From positions 18,600,001 to 18,664,000 of the forward strand of contig JBHGNT010000010.1 of assembly GCA_043228905.1 (NCBI GenBank): 64,000 nucleotides of DNA, read 5' to 3'. The notes under the pieces were generated by a model, which was not told the DNA's origin, did no database searches, and was given only the letters and a program-made list of their open reading frames with translations. This DNA is from Azolla caroliniana (Eukaryota > Plantae > Polypodiophyta). Position numbers and translations under genes: made by a program. Positions 63,013 to 64,000 of the stretch are shown here, piece by piece; within the stretch, counting starts at the first letter, position 1; each line of letters starts with the position of its first letter.

Positions 63013-63097
<85 letters not shown>
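60825..63097 (+). mobile_element. RTEX-like LINE copy 3: 5'-truncated and young, with a (TTTC)n(TC)n tail
   Basis: Frame open from FRRAFSTIDH (~60830) to stop at 62795; 3'UTR with GGCCCAATTTTGGCC stem-loop; ~95-bp TC tail. Confidence 0.9.
60927..62795 (+). CDS. Non-LTR retrotransposon ORF2 fragment: reverse transcriptase plus C-terminal CxxC..H..C motif (no endonuclease, no true ATG)
   Basis: DFRKAFDTV, GVKQGCPLSPTLF, LLYADDIVL, VNLAKTKV, YVYLGVTF, LRISSHQLEIENGR..RLCRLCH..EDEYHFTCKC; uninterrupted 622 codons. Confidence 0.85.
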   Translation: MDFRKAFDTVPRERLFDRLKSLEIPNDTIWAIYALYEQVCGRVRCPGGLSDCFTSTIGVKQGCPLSPTLFGIYIDEITDFIARKGGIGVAIGDMQVSLLLYADDIVLLSESEHDLQKHLNALDDFCTQRGLVVNLAKTKVLIFHTSSRVRSKCHLTLSHKLVEVVGSYVYLGVTFSARSGKFSMTQAAKDRLTRGYASLSLLERQCHQAYFQEPRTKGWLFDSLVTPSLMYASVVWAPGLPSFMWTQLERPLVVMLSRQLRSKSTVPHDIIRAEFSLPPMLVEALFQVVAFIHRIHSQPQDRISRRAFEASRSLHVSGDTNSWYSIVVSWLFANGIDINNLPPLKYNHGTDQTLISREDRNKVIRQEIWQIYTRYKWITPREPLPSKMVYYKEHFLHFSKLGFITRPRYLDTFLSNALRVAIGQLRISSHQLEIENGRANRVPREERLCRLCHIEIEDEYHFTCKCPTYAEIRAEYQDILGPSPTLSKLLDTPSVKRLGRYILELKQHREDKLQSVNHNPFTTHQHVPSVIFQEHGETMNVDTLMPLGLSLEEAEIQRATKRPRMLGFNTSQRGVEKIKKIRERELRRLEAMVGVPLTWGPRATSTWQPFDPPLLFERLGWK

Positions 63098-63100
<3 letters not shown>

Positions 63101-63249
63101 AAAAGCACACCATTATATTAATTGTATGTAAAATCCACTTAGTTACAACACTTCTTAGTCTCCTCTACCTATCATATGTCTATGTAGGGAGAGGTACGTC
63201 ATGTAATGCTATTAAAAAACTTGAATATGCATTTGAGGAAATGATCCCC

Positions 63250-63596
63250 ACATGCTCTAACATCCAAATATTCCACATGAGAATACCTTTCAGCTTCTTT
63301 ATATAGGCTTTCGCCCCATGTCTATTATCAAACATGAAAGCATTACGCATATTCCAATTGTGTTGTAGACCCCAATAACGTAAAAATTGGAACAATATCT
63401 CTATCTCATCATTTGAACCATTTTGAACATATTGAGAAAAAATCCATTGTTGAGGTCTCAAACAACAACGGGTTAAAACTTGCCAAATGTCCAATAAGTA
63501 CTTCCAATGGTACACATTATAGGACATTTAATGAACCTATGTGTAGTATATCCTCCAATGGACCGGTGCAAAAGAAACAAGTGCAAGATCCTAGTC

Positions 63597-63637
<41 letters not shown>

Positions 63638-64000
63638 AAATCAATGTTTTGTTATTAAAACAAGATGATAATACAACCCTTGCTATCTTCACTACATCAT
63701 GAGTAGTGATAATGCATGGGAAACCCTCTCAAGTGTTGCAAAACTAGATGGCATACCTCTATCTCCTCTCAGGACAATGTCCTCAAACAACATAGTTGCG
63801 AAAATTGCCACATCAATTTCCCGTTCATCCTACGAAGTTGTTGTGTTACCCCATGAAGTCCATCAAACAAGAACCCATTTCTCATGGTCCAATTAAACCA
63901 TATCCCCCAATACCGAAGGTAGTCAAACACGAGCTTATATGATGGTGCAGGCCTGCCTTTATCGTCATCAATAAAAACCCAGTTAAAAGGTGACAAAATA
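63250..64000 (-). mobile_element. Two degenerate L1-type LINE ORF2 C-terminal remnants
   Basis: LRYWGLQHNWNMRNAFMFD and LRYWGIWFNWTMRNGFLFD (W.IW..RN..F motif). Confidence 0.5.

Overview
Eukaryotic land-plant genomic DNA: AT-rich, intron-rich and full of transposons. The TE families suggest a fern such as Ceratopteris, but that is inference. Three spliced genes were reconstructed by hand: (1) a 27-exon ERECTA-family LRR receptor kinase (+, 9410-21154, ~1038 aa); (2) a 6-exon uncharacterised coiled-coil protein (+, 35952-39306, ~466 aa); (3) a 10-exon adenylyl-cyclase-associated protein, CAP (-, 41099-49147, ~503 aa). Between genes 1 and 2 lies a 10.3-kb nest of three Ty1/copia families with a solo LTR, an 873-bp direct repeat, a 693-bp triplication and a palindromic repair scar. 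The right third holds several copies of an RTEX-like LINE ending in (TC)n. One copy is fused 5' to a tRNA-Gly inside a (GA)n tract. Another is interrupted by a non-coding LTR element that appears to self-prime (Tf1-like) and carries a tRNA-like module in both LTRs. No database searches were possible, so family assignments rest on motif recognition.
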